A stretch of DNA of 64,000 nt from Epiperipatus broadwayi. Its lineage: Eukaryota; Animalia; Onychophora. Within the stretch, counting starts at the first letter, position 1. The number at the start of each line of letters is the position of its first letter. Under the pieces are notes generated by a model, which saw only the letters and a list, made by a program, of their open reading frames with translations, was not told the origin of the DNA and did no database searches. Position numbers and translations under genes: made by a program. The DNA lies in assembly GCA_028023455.1 (NCBI GenBank), contig JAQFVV010000003.1, positions 17,856,001 through 17,920,000 of the forward strand, in the 5' to 3' direction. Positions 12,367 through 26,770 of the stretch are shown piece by piece.

Positions 12367-15300
12367 AAATATTTATTGTCTATGTATTCAATCCATTACA
12401 TTCATTCAAAAAATAATAAATACCTTATGATACCATTACCATATCTTTATTTTTGAAATAAAATGAATAAATCTGGATATCTTTTTCTTCAATAACTTTT
12501 ATTTTCCTAAGGCTAATTGTTTTAATGTTTCTAAGTCTGTATCAGCTTCAGAATTTATACTATCACACCTAATTGCCATTAGCCATTAAACTCTTCAAAC
12601 ATTAGGCTTTTTGACATAACAATAAACATTTTACACTTCTCATTTTAATATTTTCTTATATCAAAAAATAGCTCATTTTATTAAATTTTGTAAAACTTTT
12701 AGTATTATGTTTAGAAAATAGTTTATTATGCATTTACAGTACCACATCAAAATGATAAATAAAATATAAGTGCTTTCAACTTAACCCAAAGAAATAATTG
12801 TTCCTAATAGATAATAGCTGTTGCTATGTTATAAAATTTATTATATTTATGAATTTTAATGTTTTTATTTGTTTACATTTTTTGTTGTTTATTTATATGT
12901 TTGTGTGTTTTTTCCAGATAGTATGTAATCAAGATAATGTATGTTAATACAATGTATATCAAGGCCTCACTATATAACTTCAAATTTATATGTGTATTTG
13001 GAAGACTGCTTGTTAAGAAATGTCATTAAGGCAATAGATTTATGTTAACATTATAATTATAGAAAATCTTGTCACTGATGAAAAATGGAGGGTCTTTAAG
13101 TAATGTTTCATATGGTCCAAAATCATAAACATGAAGAACAATAAAGTATTTCATATGATGCCACTATACCTTTTCAAAGATGGTGATTGATTATAATATA
13201 AAATGAATAATCATTAATGTTTTTTATATTGTATAAATGTAAATCCACAATGATAATAAAAAATAAAAAAAAAGAAATATATATATATATGAATTCATAT
13301 CTTACTATGCATTTCATTGTTTAAAACTTCAGCAAGGTTTGGTTTTATTAAACCCATGAGTTAAATGATGGGGAAAAAAATTTAAAGCATGGTAATATAA
13401 ATAAAACTTGTAAATTTTTATTGGTTAATAAGAAAATTACATTAAGATTTTTAATCAATTATCCATTTATTAATTTGAAAACACTCCAAAATCTTTTATT
13501 TAAATCATTTTATAACAGATTATCTTTTATGAATATAAGGTTAATTTAAAACTTTTAAAAAATAATGGAAAGAAAAAATAAAAGACTACATGAACATAAG
13601 CACATGAAAAATTATGGGTACAAATATTACCCATGTTTATATATTCTCACATATAGAGTATTTTAATTGTTTGATTGTATGAAGAAATTACTTCTGGTAT
13701 AGATACCTCAATGGTAATTGACAAATTAGATCCAAAACAATTATTTAAACAAACTTGTAATAATGTCCTCTTTCTTGATAGGTGTATTGGAATTAGGTTT
13801 TCAATAGAATGACATTATATTCTCAGAACTACATATTTAAGTCATTTAAAATAAAAATCTTAAATAATATTCGATTGTTCTCTGAATTAATAATTTAAGA
13901 AGATTCCTACTAATATAATGTTTTATCTTTTCAAGCAAATAAGTGATTTACTTATATAATAACGATAGTTGGATAAACTGGACCATTTTGTCTAATTTAT
14001 AAATAAGCATTTATATATTAGCATTTGTTTGACCTTGTGCAGACATTGAATTTACTCTGCACATGTGTGTGATATTCAGCTTTGCACATGAGTTGTCTAA
14101 AAAAGAATAAAAGTCTGTAGGACAGCCCTAATTTATAATTCCCTACTGAGGATGGTTTCCACTGTTATGGTTTACCATGATATTTTCATTCCTATCATAG
14201 CTGGACTTATTTCTAGACATTAATCATGCAACTTCCAGATTTCTTCACACTGGATTAATTTTCATGACTCTTTATTACTTGTGAATACAATCTCTAGTAA
14301 GAAGTCCCTTGTGACGATAAGTTGCCTCTATATAGAGAGGATACCATAATATAAAATCAGATTGTAATGATTAACCAATCTTATTGCTTGTAGATTTGCT
14401 TTGTTCACCTCAGTCCTATTCAGGTGGTAATAATTAGTTAATTATATTAAATTATTTCATTTTTGGAGATAAGGTAAATTGAGTAAATTCACTACAAGGG
14501 GAAACAAAAAATATAGCAACTAAATTCTAAAAATGCCTTAATTAAACAATATTCAACCGATTCTTGTAAATATATTGGGCCAATTTTTTTAATAATTATG
14601 TAATTGGAACATAATGAATAAAATTAGTCATAGATGTTTTCAGAAAAAACAATAACTAAAAAAAAATTTTTTTTTAATAAATGTGTTTCAACATTACTTA
14701 GGTATAGATAGATTTGAGACTCAAATATTTATTTAAAGCGGCAAATGATAAAACTGCACATTACATAGTGAGTTATAAAGAAATGATTAATGGATCCATG
14801 GATAAGATATCAAACAATTATTATTGTCATTGGTGAAAAAAATTCATAAGCTGAAATAGAATAGGGAGGATGTGTTACTAGAAGAAATGGAAAATAACTG
14901 AACTCAAAAGATATTTTTAAAACTTGAAAGAAATCATATATGAGACACATGAGATAAGGCGGCTAACTGAAATAGGATAATCCATCAAAAAATATGATGA
15001 CTTAGATATATATAATTACTTACAAATAAAGTTCAAAAATAATATTTTCTAAAGCTAATTTAGAAAAGGCATTTAAGAAATAAGTTACATCAAGGATTTA
15101 GATACTTGAGAATTATTTTATCGAGTTTTATTACTTTGGCCTAAATACCTAAAATTAAACTTTCAATAAAGAACAACATATTACACTTACTTGTTTCTTA
15201 TCAATAAACGTGTAAAGATACTTATTTTTAGTAAGTAAACGTTATGTCTGATAAGTATTCAATATAACAAACTATTGTATAAATTGTGCAGTATTATATG

Positions 15301-17189
15301 TGTGTAGTTTATTTATTTTAGAATCGGAAATGATAAAAACTGAAACAAATACTTTTATTTTAATAAAACAAAGGGGTATTTTTTTTTTTAAAAAAAAAAA
15401 ACTTCCTTTTTCATTAAGCTTATATTGTTCTTAAGAATGAGATGAAAAAATAAAGTCATTAATCACTCAATGTTTTACAGCTGAAGTTTGACCTCAGGGT
15501 ATAACTGGAGATACTGTATTTTTATTTTAAACATAAACGCATTAATTGCAAAGGTGTTCCAGTATAATTTCCTCTCAGCACGATAAGTAAAACTATACAA
15601 ATAATATACAGGTTTATTTCCAGTTTTTGTTATTATTATAATTAAGTAGAATATCTCTTTCAGGTGCTTGTTTACCATTAGCCGGAATAAAATAAGCACT
15701 ACTGTAAATACAGATCAAAATAGTTCACACAATAAGAACTGAATGTGGTGTGTACATATACATTTTTCAAATGTATAGAATTTCATATATGATGGGGATT
15801 GTTACTTTGGATTTACATAAGAATGAAGACATCTGTACTAACATCAACTACCTGTGATCATATGATTTTCTTCAGCATTTTCCATCAATTTATTATTGTT
15901 TTCCAATAATACTTTACTATTGTCAACATGTGATTAACTGTTTTACATCATCATCATATATTACTATCTGCTATAAGATAATAAAATATGAAAAAATATG
16001 GACTCTCTCTTATGAAAGAAGATAAATCTCATTAAAGATTTTAGAATAAAGCTAGAGCATACTCAAAAAGTGGGGAAATGACATCTAGTTAAAGTATCTC
16101 GGTTTGATAAAGCCATATTTACTAGTTGTGACCTAACACAATTAAATCACATTAATTCATAAGTTATTTAATGGTTTAATTGAGCAGATTCCTATATACT
16201 TGTGATATATGAACATGGGAAATGATGTTTATTTTAGTACATCAGCCTTTCATCAAAACAAAATTGCCTGCATTTAAATCAAAGCAGATTTCTATTCTAG
16301 CATCATTTATAGTATGTAAACTTGAATAATCAGTCTTTGTCACATGGTAGAATTAATATCGCATGTATTTAATGTGATTTGTGATTAAATATATAATTTT
16401 TCCTCTGCTTTCTAATCTACATACCTGGAAAGCAAATTGGCCTGGGATCAAAATCATATGGTGTTCAAACTTTCGAGATCATTAGCTAAATAGAAAAAAA
16501 AATTACTCATTGGATAGATATAATGCTAATAGTACCCCATGCCAAGACAAAAGCTAATTAGTAGAAATCTTGCCATGAAGAATCTGATGTCCACATAATT
16601 AAATTTCATATCAATGGCAATCATATGGTAAATGAAGATATCAGTAATGCTTAATGCAGTTAGACAATTAGACATATGATGTTTAGTTTTGTATTCATCA
16701 TTTCTATGCCAAAAGATCATACCCATTTGCTATAAGCTAATAAGTGGGGTTATTAAAATAAATGCTTCATAAACTAAATTCAGACTTATTGACTGGATAA
16801 ACATATTGGTTTAGATTCAAAGCTTTTGACTTTTCAAGTTATTGGCTTAAATTGCAGAAAAGCTTAAAATGACTAAATGGAAAGTTGTCAATTTGTCCTG
16901 TTATGATGAAAACTCAACTACCTTCAACAATCTTATTCAATGACAGTCTTTGTGTCTTAAAAATAGCACTACTTTCTTATACTATCCATTAATAAGTTCT
17001 CATGTAAAACGTAGATATAAAATGCAGCTCAATTTTCTATTATTTTTAATCTCCTCCCACAAATTTTCTATTTTCAGGACTTTTCTATCTATAGTTCTAG
17101 TTTTACTTTATGTCAGTGCTCATATTATAGCTAACCTCATATTTTCTGTGCTTCATTATATGTGGCTTTCACTATCATTTTCAACATTT

Positions 17190-19150
17190 AATCTTTAGTT
17201 GCATAGTTTGTTGTTTTTTGCATGCCTTTCTTTATAATTCACATGTTATTATTCTCCATCACCATATAGTTAAAAGACTATGATGGCATTTATCTCATAA
17301 TTGTTTTCTTTTGAATAATGATGAGTGTAGATCTGTCTTGTAGAGAATCTTAATAATAACTAGAGCACCTCTGATATAGTTTTCTGGTGATTTTTGTATA
17401 ATAGTTTCACCTCAAAGATCCAGTTTGCATTTCTTCCAATCATAATACCATATTCTTATCTATAAACATGAAATAAAGTTCAAAAATAAGAAAAAAGCTT
17501 TCAATATTGCATCACTTGCAAGACAATTTGGATTAACTTTAATTACAATGTGTCACCCATACTGTTTTTGATGTGCTTAACAATTTCCGTAAAAAGTGTA
17601 AATAATTGAATAGTTTATTGTTAAAGTGATAGAACTGGACTTCGATCTCCAGAATTTGCCACTCTACCTCTGCATAAACCCATCCCATGCATCAAGTTAT
17701 ATTAATAAAAACTTTAATAAATACTTTTTTCATGCATTAATTATTAAAAACCCATCTTTAGATAGATATATCATATTCAAAATATTAATTATATTCTGTA
17801 GATATTCTTTTGAACTGACAAAAATAACACAACCATCAACATACTGTAAATCCAGAATCCAAAATGAAGTTCTTAATTTTGCTTTAAGTAGATTCAGATA
17901 AAAAATTCTATCAAACTTGCATTACATCTTGATTCATGTTTCATTATACCATCTCTAAACAGTTCCAATAGAAAACAATGTTGAGGCAAATACACACATC
18001 CTTGTTTAGCATCAATTTCTATTTCAATTGTCTCAAATTTTTCCCATAATAATAATACTTTCTTTCATTCCATCATGTAGAAGCTGGATAATACAAATAA
18101 ACTTTGGTGGACAACTAATTTCAAACAATGCCATAAACCTATATGATTAATTGAGTCAAATGCCTTGATCAAATCAATAAAAGCAATGTATAAAATAACT
18201 TTTTTTTTTTCACAAAATTTTTTATATTTGCAGCCAACAAAAACCATATCTTTAGTGTTTCTTGATTCTCAAAAAACAAACGAGTTGCTCATAACTACTC
18301 ATCTATGACTGAAAATAATGTATTTAACAAGATCCTTGAAAGTATCTTTGAGTAGTGGATAAAAATGAAATCCCCACAACAATTATGACAATCTTGTCTA
18401 TTCCCCATTATTTTTAAAAAATAAAACAATAGAAGCATCCTTGTGATCTGGCTGCACAACTACATAAATCCATGTCTTACCTAACAAGTTTCAATATTTT
18501 TGAATTAACATATTACTGCCCTATTTTAAAACTTCTCTATATATTTCATCAGAACTTAAAGGCTTTCCATTTTAAAGGTTACAAAGAGATGTGTTGGCTT
18601 CACTAAAATGAATATTTTTGACCAAATCTAAATGAGTATATAAAATGCATATATTATTAAAAATCAAAATTTCATTTCTTGTATCATCAATATATAATCC
18701 TGAGAAATAGTATTACAGTCCTCTTATATTCCTTCCATTTGTTTAAAATATCACTGTCATCACTGGATTTGATAGGATTAGTTTTAGTGGATCAGAAAAA
18801 AGATCAAGCAGTAAATATCTGTTTCATCTTTGCAATTTTAATTTACCAATTATTTTACATCATCTTGTCAGTCACTAAAGTTCTGTCTTTCAATGACTGT
18901 TTTTATTATAAAGCACCACATTTAATTTATTATTCGAACAAACAAAAATGCCATATGATTCTTTTATTAAAATCATCAATAATAGGATTATTGACAGAAA
19001 ATTAGTCATAATTCTTCTTTTTAGTGAATCCAAGAATAGATTTATTTGTATCCATAACACATTTCTTAAAATAGATTTACTTGTATCCATAACACATTTC
19101 TTAAAAAAATTCCAAAACATAGTATGACAAAACAGAAAATTCAATTCAGG
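17190..19150 (-). mobile_element. Heavily decayed RTE/BovB-type LINE remnant (second RTE family)
   Basis: ORF 18065-18247 contains IAFIDLIKAFDSINHIGLW (RT domain 3); flanking stop-riddled frames resemble the RTE linker and C-terminus. Confidence 0.6.
19035..19104. repeat. 35-bp tandem duplication (2 copies)
   Basis: AATAGATTTA(T/C)TTGTATCCATAACACATTTCTTA repeated head to tail. Confidence 0.9.
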
Positions 19151-20079
19151 AATTTTAGTTTTAATAGCTGGTGAAATCTTGTAGGGTATTTTAAAGAATA
19201 AATATCCATTTTATTGCAGATATGATGAGAACAAGATTTACTTTTAATGCAATTATCATTTTAATCTTGGTATATATTAATATGTAGTCCATTTAACAAT
19301 CTGCTTAGTATGTGTGCTCATGTAATGTAAACTTATTTTGTATACTGCCTCCTAACTATAATACAACTTATTAAATCTCATTGTTTAGAGGTTAGATGCA
19401 TCCGTGCTTCTTTACAACAATTTTTATACCTAAGCAATTCATGTGTTTTTCAAACATTCAGTAACAACAGACACTTAAATTTACATCATCAATATCATTA
19501 TTCCAATAACTTTTGGTTAAAATCTATTATTTTTACCAATAGATGAATTAAATTATCCAAAAAGAAAAATTTTGATTTTTTTACTTAAAAAAAAAAAATC
19601 TTTTTCTGAAATAATTGCTGATAGTGAACAAAAAAACCATCACAAAGATACTCAATTCATCTGGATTCAAGTGATCACTATTCAGTAAAGACTAATGTGC
19701 CTCCACGTCCTCATGAAATAGATGCAAACCTTGCTAATAAATAATCTGGGCCTTACAGGTTCATTTAGTATCAAACAAAGTAAATGATATTCTTATTTAA
19801 TAAAAACCCTACCCCATGTCAATCTTTCTAGTTGTTATATGAGTGTGTGATGAGGATTTAATCACTAGATTATTGGGGCAATTATATTGGATTTAATACA
19901 ATGGGTACAAAACTTGCAATAGTACCACTAATATCCAAGATTACAAAATACCTAACTATCTCTAAGGTTTTCCTTCATTCCCTACTATAACAAACATCAA
20001 CAATACATCTGATTCAACCAAATCTAAACCTAATTTCTAAACATCCAAAAAACTTCTACGAGATCCTTTAATTTATGAG

Positions 20080-20118
20080 TAATTAACCACTATCTGATTA
20101 ATTAACCACTATCTGATT
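20080..20118. repeat. 19-bp tandem duplication
   Basis: TAATTAACCACTATCTGAT x2. Confidence 0.85.
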
Positions 20119-21350
20119 TATCACCACATCTGGTGTCCTAACTTTAGGAGCATGAAACAGGAATTCATATTTTTCTAGTTTCCATAGTAAACAACCATCA
20201 TGAACTTAGGCATGCAAAAAACAATTGTATACCTGACTGTTCCAAGTAAATGCATCAAAACAAAATCACATATGAAATCATAAATGCAAATTGAATAATG
20301 AGGATAAAATAATAAACAGAGACCAATACTATTTGTCTGAAGGTTTGTAATGATGGTATATTATAAGATGTGATATGTTGGACTATTTTTATCATTTATG
20401 AGTGAATGGTGAATGTATAGAAAATTTTAAACTTTCCAAATACAAACAACTTGTTAGTAATAACATACAAATAGACAATACAGGTTAGTAATTACACAAT
20501 GTTTCGAGTAGTATTATTCTCCACTCTTCTTCAGGTGTTGCTGGCCTATATGCACAGTGACAATATTCACTTAGAAAGTTAAATTCGCACCTTTAGATTC
20601 TTAAATATTGAATTTAAGGCAAACACTCTATTAACTGAGCTATTCTGTCAAAGGCAACATATAGTAGAAATTTGATATATTTATATATGAGGGTTGGTTC
20701 AAATCCTCCTGAGTCCTTCAATTTTTTTTAATGAGGCTAATTAGTTTATTTTATTTTATTTTTTCCTAAGACACCAAAAGAGAAAACAATTATTGGTACA
20801 GTAGGGTATCCATACATACCAAGAATGGTGGACAAATTAAAAAAAGTCTGCAGTCAATATAACATTAGAACTGCTTTCCAAAGTCATACCACACTTCAAG
20901 GAATGCTTACTTCTACTAGGCCTAAACTGGAAATACTGAAGAACAAAAACTGCATCTATGAAATATAATGTGAATGTGGAAGGAAATACATTGGTGAGAC
21001 CTGTCGTATGTTGAACAGTGATTGGAAAAGCATAATCTAATGGTTAAAAGAGAAAAACTGATGTGTCTACCATAGCAGATCATGTATGTACTAATGACCA
21101 TATACTTAAGTGGGAAAATACAAAGATATTGGATAAAGAGAAAAAAATGCATAGAAGAAAATTCAAGGAAGCTGCTCATATGACAATGGTAAATAATCCT
21201 ATAAGTTAACCCAGTGTGGCAATACACAAAGCATCTAATTAATCTTGCTCTTAGGAAAATAAAAATTAAAATAAAAAATTGAAGGACTCAGGAGGATTTG
21301 AACCAAGCTTCATATATAAATATATCAAATTTCTACTATATGTTGCCTTT

Positions 21351-21441
21351 GACAGAATAGCTTAGTTGGTAGAGAATTTGTCTTAAATTCAATATTCAAA
21401 AATCTAAAGGTGCAAGTTCAACTTCTAAGTGAATTTTGTCA
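21351..21441 (+). mobile_element. tRNA-derived SINE-like unit inside the inverted-repeat arm (inverted copy at about 20558-20650)
   Basis: Acceptor-like GACAGAA/TTTTGTC, A-box TAGCTTAGTTGGTAGAG, degenerate B-box AAGTTCAACT; a homologous unit lies at 31292-31401. Confidence 0.6.
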
Positions 21442-21464
21442 CTGTGCATATAGGCTAGCAATAC

Positions 21465-21503
21465 CTGAAGAAGAGTGGAGAATACTACTCGAAACATTGT
21501 GTA
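21465..21503 (+). ncRNA. Type I hammerhead ribozyme core (antisense copy at about 20493-20534)
   Basis: CTGAAGA-A-GAGTGG/AGAATA/CTACTC-GAAA-CA-TTG-TG-TA; helices II and III pair, helix I is not evident. Confidence 0.6.
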
Positions 21504-21939
21504 ATTACTAACCTGTATTATCTATTTATGTGTTATTACTAACAAGTTGTTTGTATTTGGAAAGTTTAAATAAAGTTTAAAATTTTCTATACATTCAACA
21601 TTCACCCCTAAATGATAGAAATAGTCCAACATATCACATGAGACCAATAATAACTAAATAATTAAATAATGAACAAGAGTAAATTAGATGAGTTAGGAAA
21701 ATAAAAAGACTAGGCTAAACATTAAAAAGTAACATACACGGGGAAAAAAAGGATCAGATACAAGCGCAAAATGACATAAGGTGGCATAAAACCCTATGGC
21801 ATACACTTACTTATATCTATAAAAAAAAAGAAAACTAACTCAAACTGTCATATAAATTAATGATAACAAGGAGTGGAAGGCAATTACTAAATATGCATAT
21901 GAAATGTTCTGAAGGGACTAAAAATAGTAGTGATAGTGA

Positions 21940-24790
21940 GATGGAAGATGCTGCTGTTAGCAGTGGAGGGTCTTGACATATTCAGATACCAGGGGGTCCA
22001 ACAAGTGGTACATGTCATGGCTCAAGAAACACTTGGCATTGAAATGACTCAAGTGCCCAGAGTCGGAGTAGCACAGACTACAAGGGATGTGATGACCATG
22101 GAATGAATATTCCAAGTGATCATGGTTGGTGGTGAGAGACACCATGGTGACTAAAGCTGATGTAGAAAATATACATGTGAAGATTAACAGTATGAAAGAC
22201 TTAAAGGGAGACATGAAAGAAAAACTGAACAAGAATCAATGAGAATATGAAAGACAGCATGGATAGTCTAAAAGCAGATTTAAAAATGGAAATAAAGGCA
22301 TAGAAACCAGTCTGTCTGCTGAAATGGAGCAACTATCAATATAGAGGGACAGTGCTGAGAAAAAAAGTAGATGAGAAAGACATGAAATATCAACAGAGGT
22401 TTGAAGAATTTAAAATGTTTGGAGAACAAAATGGCCTCAACAGAAACAATCTCAGGCAAGGCAAATCTGGAAAAGGTGGTGGAAAACATGAATGACTGAA
22501 TCGGCCATATGAACGAAATCATCAACTAGAGATTAGGAATTTTCGAATCCCAGCTGTGCCAAATGACACCAGCCATTGGCATGCAACAGACTAAAATGGC
22601 CAAATCATCCATAGTGATAAAGAGAAATGAATCGATACAGAAAACAACCTCAATAGAATGATTGACATCTGTAAGAGATCTACTCTCCCACATCAGGCAA
22701 TTCTCAGGATAGATCCCCTTTTCAATTTTAACTTACAAGATGCATGAATGCTGACTCTGCCAATGAACTGCATGGAGACAGAGTGCCCAACTATGCAACA
22801 CAGATTAGCACAATTCACCAGTTCATGAGACTCAAGGTTTTCAAAGGATTATAAAGAAGCCCCTATAGAACACCCCACAAGCCTCAAGCCATACTACTCT
22901 GTAAACCGTAATTTGTCAGAGGGTGAAAAACTAATCATCATATACAGCCACCTTCAAGAAGATGCGTTGATGTGGTGGGAATAATTATTCCAAACCCCTT
23001 CCACTTTTGATGATTATCAGGCTCTACTAATGAAAAACTTTTGGAAGAGACAAGCAAGAAGCCCTACCTACCGACTCTTACAGTACAAGCACCAACCAAC
23101 ACTGATGAAACATTGACAAAATTCTTTCACTGCCTGGTCACTAAGCTAAGGACATTAAATAAGTACTACCTGAGTGAGAGTGAAATAATAATTAAAAGAA
23201 AATTGCCTTTCAGAATTGAACAATCACTTTTATGTATAAATGCTAAGAGCATTGAACAAGTGGTTAAGTTATTGAACAGTATCAACTGAACACTACCAAT
23301 GAATCCACTAGAGCTCCTAAGAAAAGGAATAAAATAAGACACCATTAACACTGTATATTATAAAAGGAGAAAAAACAATAATGACCCAAGCCATTGGAAG
23401 GGGAATTGTTACAGCAAATCTCCCATGCACTTGGTCACCCAACAAAAAAACTGAATCAACAATGGTAAAACCAGGGCAAGCCCTCCTAATAGTCCAAGGA
23501 AAGCCCCAAAGCCATGGTGCAGCAACTATCCACCCAAAGTTCAACAAAAACAAAACTAGAATGGGGCTTGAGACCATGTTCCTCACTTCACGAAACCAAC
23601 AAGACAATGAGAAATGCAAACCAAACTGTGAATAGAGACATCGTTAATTTAATATGTTCATAAGAAGATGAAGCACCTAATTTCACTTTCCAAAGTCACG
23701 CCAAGATAGAGATTTTGTTTGAGAGTTTGTTAGTTAAAGCTTTGTTAGACTCTGTTAGCCAGATATCAGTGGTATCAAGATAAGTTCTATCGTGAAATTT
23801 CCGAGTGAAAACCCCAACTTCAAAACCCTGCCACTGATGTCAATTCAAGTTACCATGGCTAACAATAGGATGGCTAAATCAAAAACAGATTTAGGTTCAA
23901 ATTGGCATTGTCCAAACAATACTCTATCATGTGTTTCTCATACTGAATGACCTAATACATGAGGTCATCTGAGGGGCATACTTCCTGCACTTGAATAATT
24001 GTACTATTGATTTCTCTGATAAGACAGAAAGGGTAAACAATGAGATCTTGGAGATGATGTTGCTTTTGAGACATGACCTACCTGAAGTTGACTGCATAAT
24101 AATATCTACCATCCCAGGGGCACTCATAGAAAACAAAATCATGTAATCTAATTTACTTGAAAGCGATGATGCAGTGAAATTGTGATCAGTTATTACTTAA
24201 TTTAGTCCAAATTTTCTCATAAATGCCAGGGGTGATAGAGAGTAAAAAATCAAACTAATCCAGGACCAACCATTCCAATCCAAATTGTACCCTATTCAAT
24301 ATCAGTATTGAGAAGAGATATCCAAGCAGATTAGCAAAATTCTGGATTGGGGGTTATTTCTGAATATTCTTCACCCTACTGTAACCCAGTTGTCACCGTA
24401 AAGAAGAAAGACAGGTCAATGAGATTTTGTTTAGATGCCCGGCAACTGAACAAAATTACAGTTCCTATTAGGAACATCCCACCATCCATACACTAATTAT
24501 TCGTGAAATTTGGAAACAGAAGTGTTCTCTACTTTCAATTTAACCTCCAGCTATTGGCAGATTGAACTCCATCCAGAGGATCACCAATACCCTGCATTCT
24601 GATAGGGGTTTTACCTATAAGTTTAAAAGATTGCCTTTTGGATTGACGAATAGTGGTGCCATTCTAATTAGATGTTTAGACAAAACCCTATCTCCTGAGG
24701 TCAAACAGAACACAACCATCTATGTGGATGATGTAATAATTGCATCTTGCACAATTGAAGAACATCTTCAACATCTCATCATGTTCTTTA
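21940..24790 (+). mobile_element. Ty3/Gypsy LTR-retrotransposon gag-pol remnant, 3'-truncated
   Basis: Coiled-coil and gag-like (DALMWWE...TFDDY...LMKNFW) segments; protease LVKALLDSVSQISVVS near 23730; RT motifs [35 protein letters not shown] and YVDD (24721-24732); many stops and frameshifts; no LTRs identified. Confidence 0.88.
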
Positions 24791-25418
24791 AATTATCTTA
24801 CTATATATAACTATTTTTATTGTTATTATTGTATTAACCTTTGTAATTTTTATTCAGTGTATGTTTTGCATATGATTGATAATTCTTGAAATTTGGTAAA
24901 TACTTTCTATATTTAAAAAAAATGTTTGCAATTTTGGTTAAATTTATTCCCTGCATATGTTTGCACATAATTAATGTATATATTTCTTTTGTATTTTTTT
25001 TTTTTTGTAATTAATTTTGTAATTTGATATGTATTATGAATAACTGCTGGCACAAATCTTCTTATTTGTTGTTATTTTATTTATATACTGTGTAATAAAT
25101 AAGATTATAATTATTACAACTATTATTAAAAAGCAGCAATATATGTCAAAATAATTTAAATAGTTGGAGGAGAAAGACTTTTCCAAGATGTTTACATAAA
25201 AAAAGATCTTACTTGACTAGAAAATCATTGGTTAGTGAAAGTTTTTCTAATTTCCCTTCCTCATTTTACAATCTAGCTAAGAAATAACAAAAAATTCACT
25301 TAATGTCTAAAAATTTGATGTCTAAGTGGGATGAAATGGTTCGTCTATCTGATTGTTTGTAAATCTTCAACTATCTGAAAAAAAATATCACCTGTATTTG
25401 AACCCCAGTTGGGGCAAA

Positions 25419-25620
25419 ACAATTTATTTGGTTTGAAAACTAAATATATACAAAGTTATATAATTTTTCTTGTATATCATTTGATTTTTTAAACTATTTT
25501 TGATTGTAAGTTAAGAAAGACAATTTATTTGGTTTGAAAACTAAATATATACAAAATTATATAACTTTTCTTGTATATCATTTGATTTTTTAAACTATTT
25601 TTGATTGTAAGTTAAGAAAG
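25419..25620. repeat. 101-bp tandem duplication (2 copies, only a few mismatches)
   Basis: ACAATTTATTTGGTTTGAAAAC... starts at 25419 and again at 25520. Confidence 0.95.
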
Positions 25621-26179
25621 AATAAATTTTATAAAGAATGGGGAGGGGGAGAAAAAAATGAAAGAGTGAAAAAGCTAGAGAGTTTTTGTTGCTTTGTTAA
25701 GAAATTTATAATAATATTTAGAATTATAATAAAAGGACATTAGAATGGGATAAAAAAAAATGTTCGTGTTGAGAGAATAATTTGGTAACAGTAAGTAAAA
25801 AAGAAATGATGGGTGAAGAAAAATATTTGGTCTTAAAGCAGTATGAAAAGATGTCTAAAGAAAAAAAATATTTAAATTGGCTCACAAATTTTCCCGTATT
25901 ATGACTTTCTATTATCAGAATCCCTTGACTTTATCTAAAAAGAAGTCATTCTCCATCTAAGCTAATATCCATATAATAGGATAATACAATTAAGAAGTAA
26001 GATTTGTTGTATAATTTTTGAAAAAAACATACATTTTATTAGATTTGATAAGAGTTTTCAATTTTTTAGGTCTCTGTCTGAAACTAGATGAGATTACCTA
26101 GATAATGCAAAACTATTGTTAGATGATTCTTAATAAGATAGTAGCCATTGTTGGCTACTCTTTTTATGTAATTTATTCT

Positions 26180-26500
26180 AATAACTTAATTCTGAGTTTA
26201 TTTAATGAGCTTTATCAATCATAGACAAATCCATTTTGCATATAGTGTATAACATCCGTTTCACATAATTTCTATTGAAGACTGAGCTACTGGTTGCAAA
26301 ATATTATGACCATACTACCATTATTGGCAAATCTTGTTTACAATAAAAATTCAGTTATATCAAAAGAATTTGTGCATTGCTTCTGATATTTCAGTGAATA
26401 GATTTGGAGTACCCAGGTGAAGATGCTTCTTAATGAAATTTCTTTGATTATCTTTGTTTCTGCTAAAGCTTTCTATAAATGTGCATTATGTACATTAAGA
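26180..26500 (-). mobile_element. Possible decayed LTR-retrotransposon integrase core fragment
   Basis: A minus frame gives HLGTPNLFTEIS...HNILQPVAQSSIE, loosely like the integrase G.P..I.TD and H.....P.ANG..E motifs. Confidence 0.3.
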
Positions 26501-26534
26501 GTTAAACATAGGATAATCACAGAAGATCAATTAT

Positions 26535-26770
26535 CTAGAATCAAGTCACACAAGTGTGAATGCAGTGTCATTTAATAATCTTTGATTTTGCTCATTTGCT
26601 TGCATTGTGACTTCTGGAGATGTCACTAGTATACTTTATTCATTTCCTTTATTTTCAATGGTCCTTATAAAGTATTCTAGTGACATCTCTTGAAGCCATA
26701 ATAAAGCAAGAAACAAAATTAATGTTCATTCAGTAAAAGCCCAGTACACTTCTGTGACCTGTTTGAGCTA
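26535..26770. repeat. Degenerate fold-back or MITE-like inverted repeat
   Basis: 26596-26639 pairs with 26667-26710 (GAGATGTCACTAGTATACTTTAT / ATAAAGTATTCTAGTGACATCTC); weaker outer pairing extends to about 26535 and 26770. Confidence 0.6.

Larger units (their letters stand above)
20368..21639 (+). mobile_element. 5'-truncated Penelope-like element: GIY-YIG endonuclease fragment between about 400-bp inverted repeats
   Basis: 20772-21248 translates (one stop, one frameshift) to ...NCIYEI*CECGRKYIGETCR...STIADHVCTNDHILKWENTKILDKE...RRKFKEAAHM, typical of the Penelope/Poseidon EN; arms 20368-20771 and 21249-21639 are inverted copies. Confidence 0.9.

Noticed and set aside
14145-14190. Additional hammerhead (CTGAGGATGG...)
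   Set aside because: No paired helix II followed by GAAA
15472-15505. Second 18-nt microexon candidate (TTTTACAG|CTGAAGTTTGACCTCAGG|GTATAA)
   Set aside because: Weak donor and no other support; expected by chance
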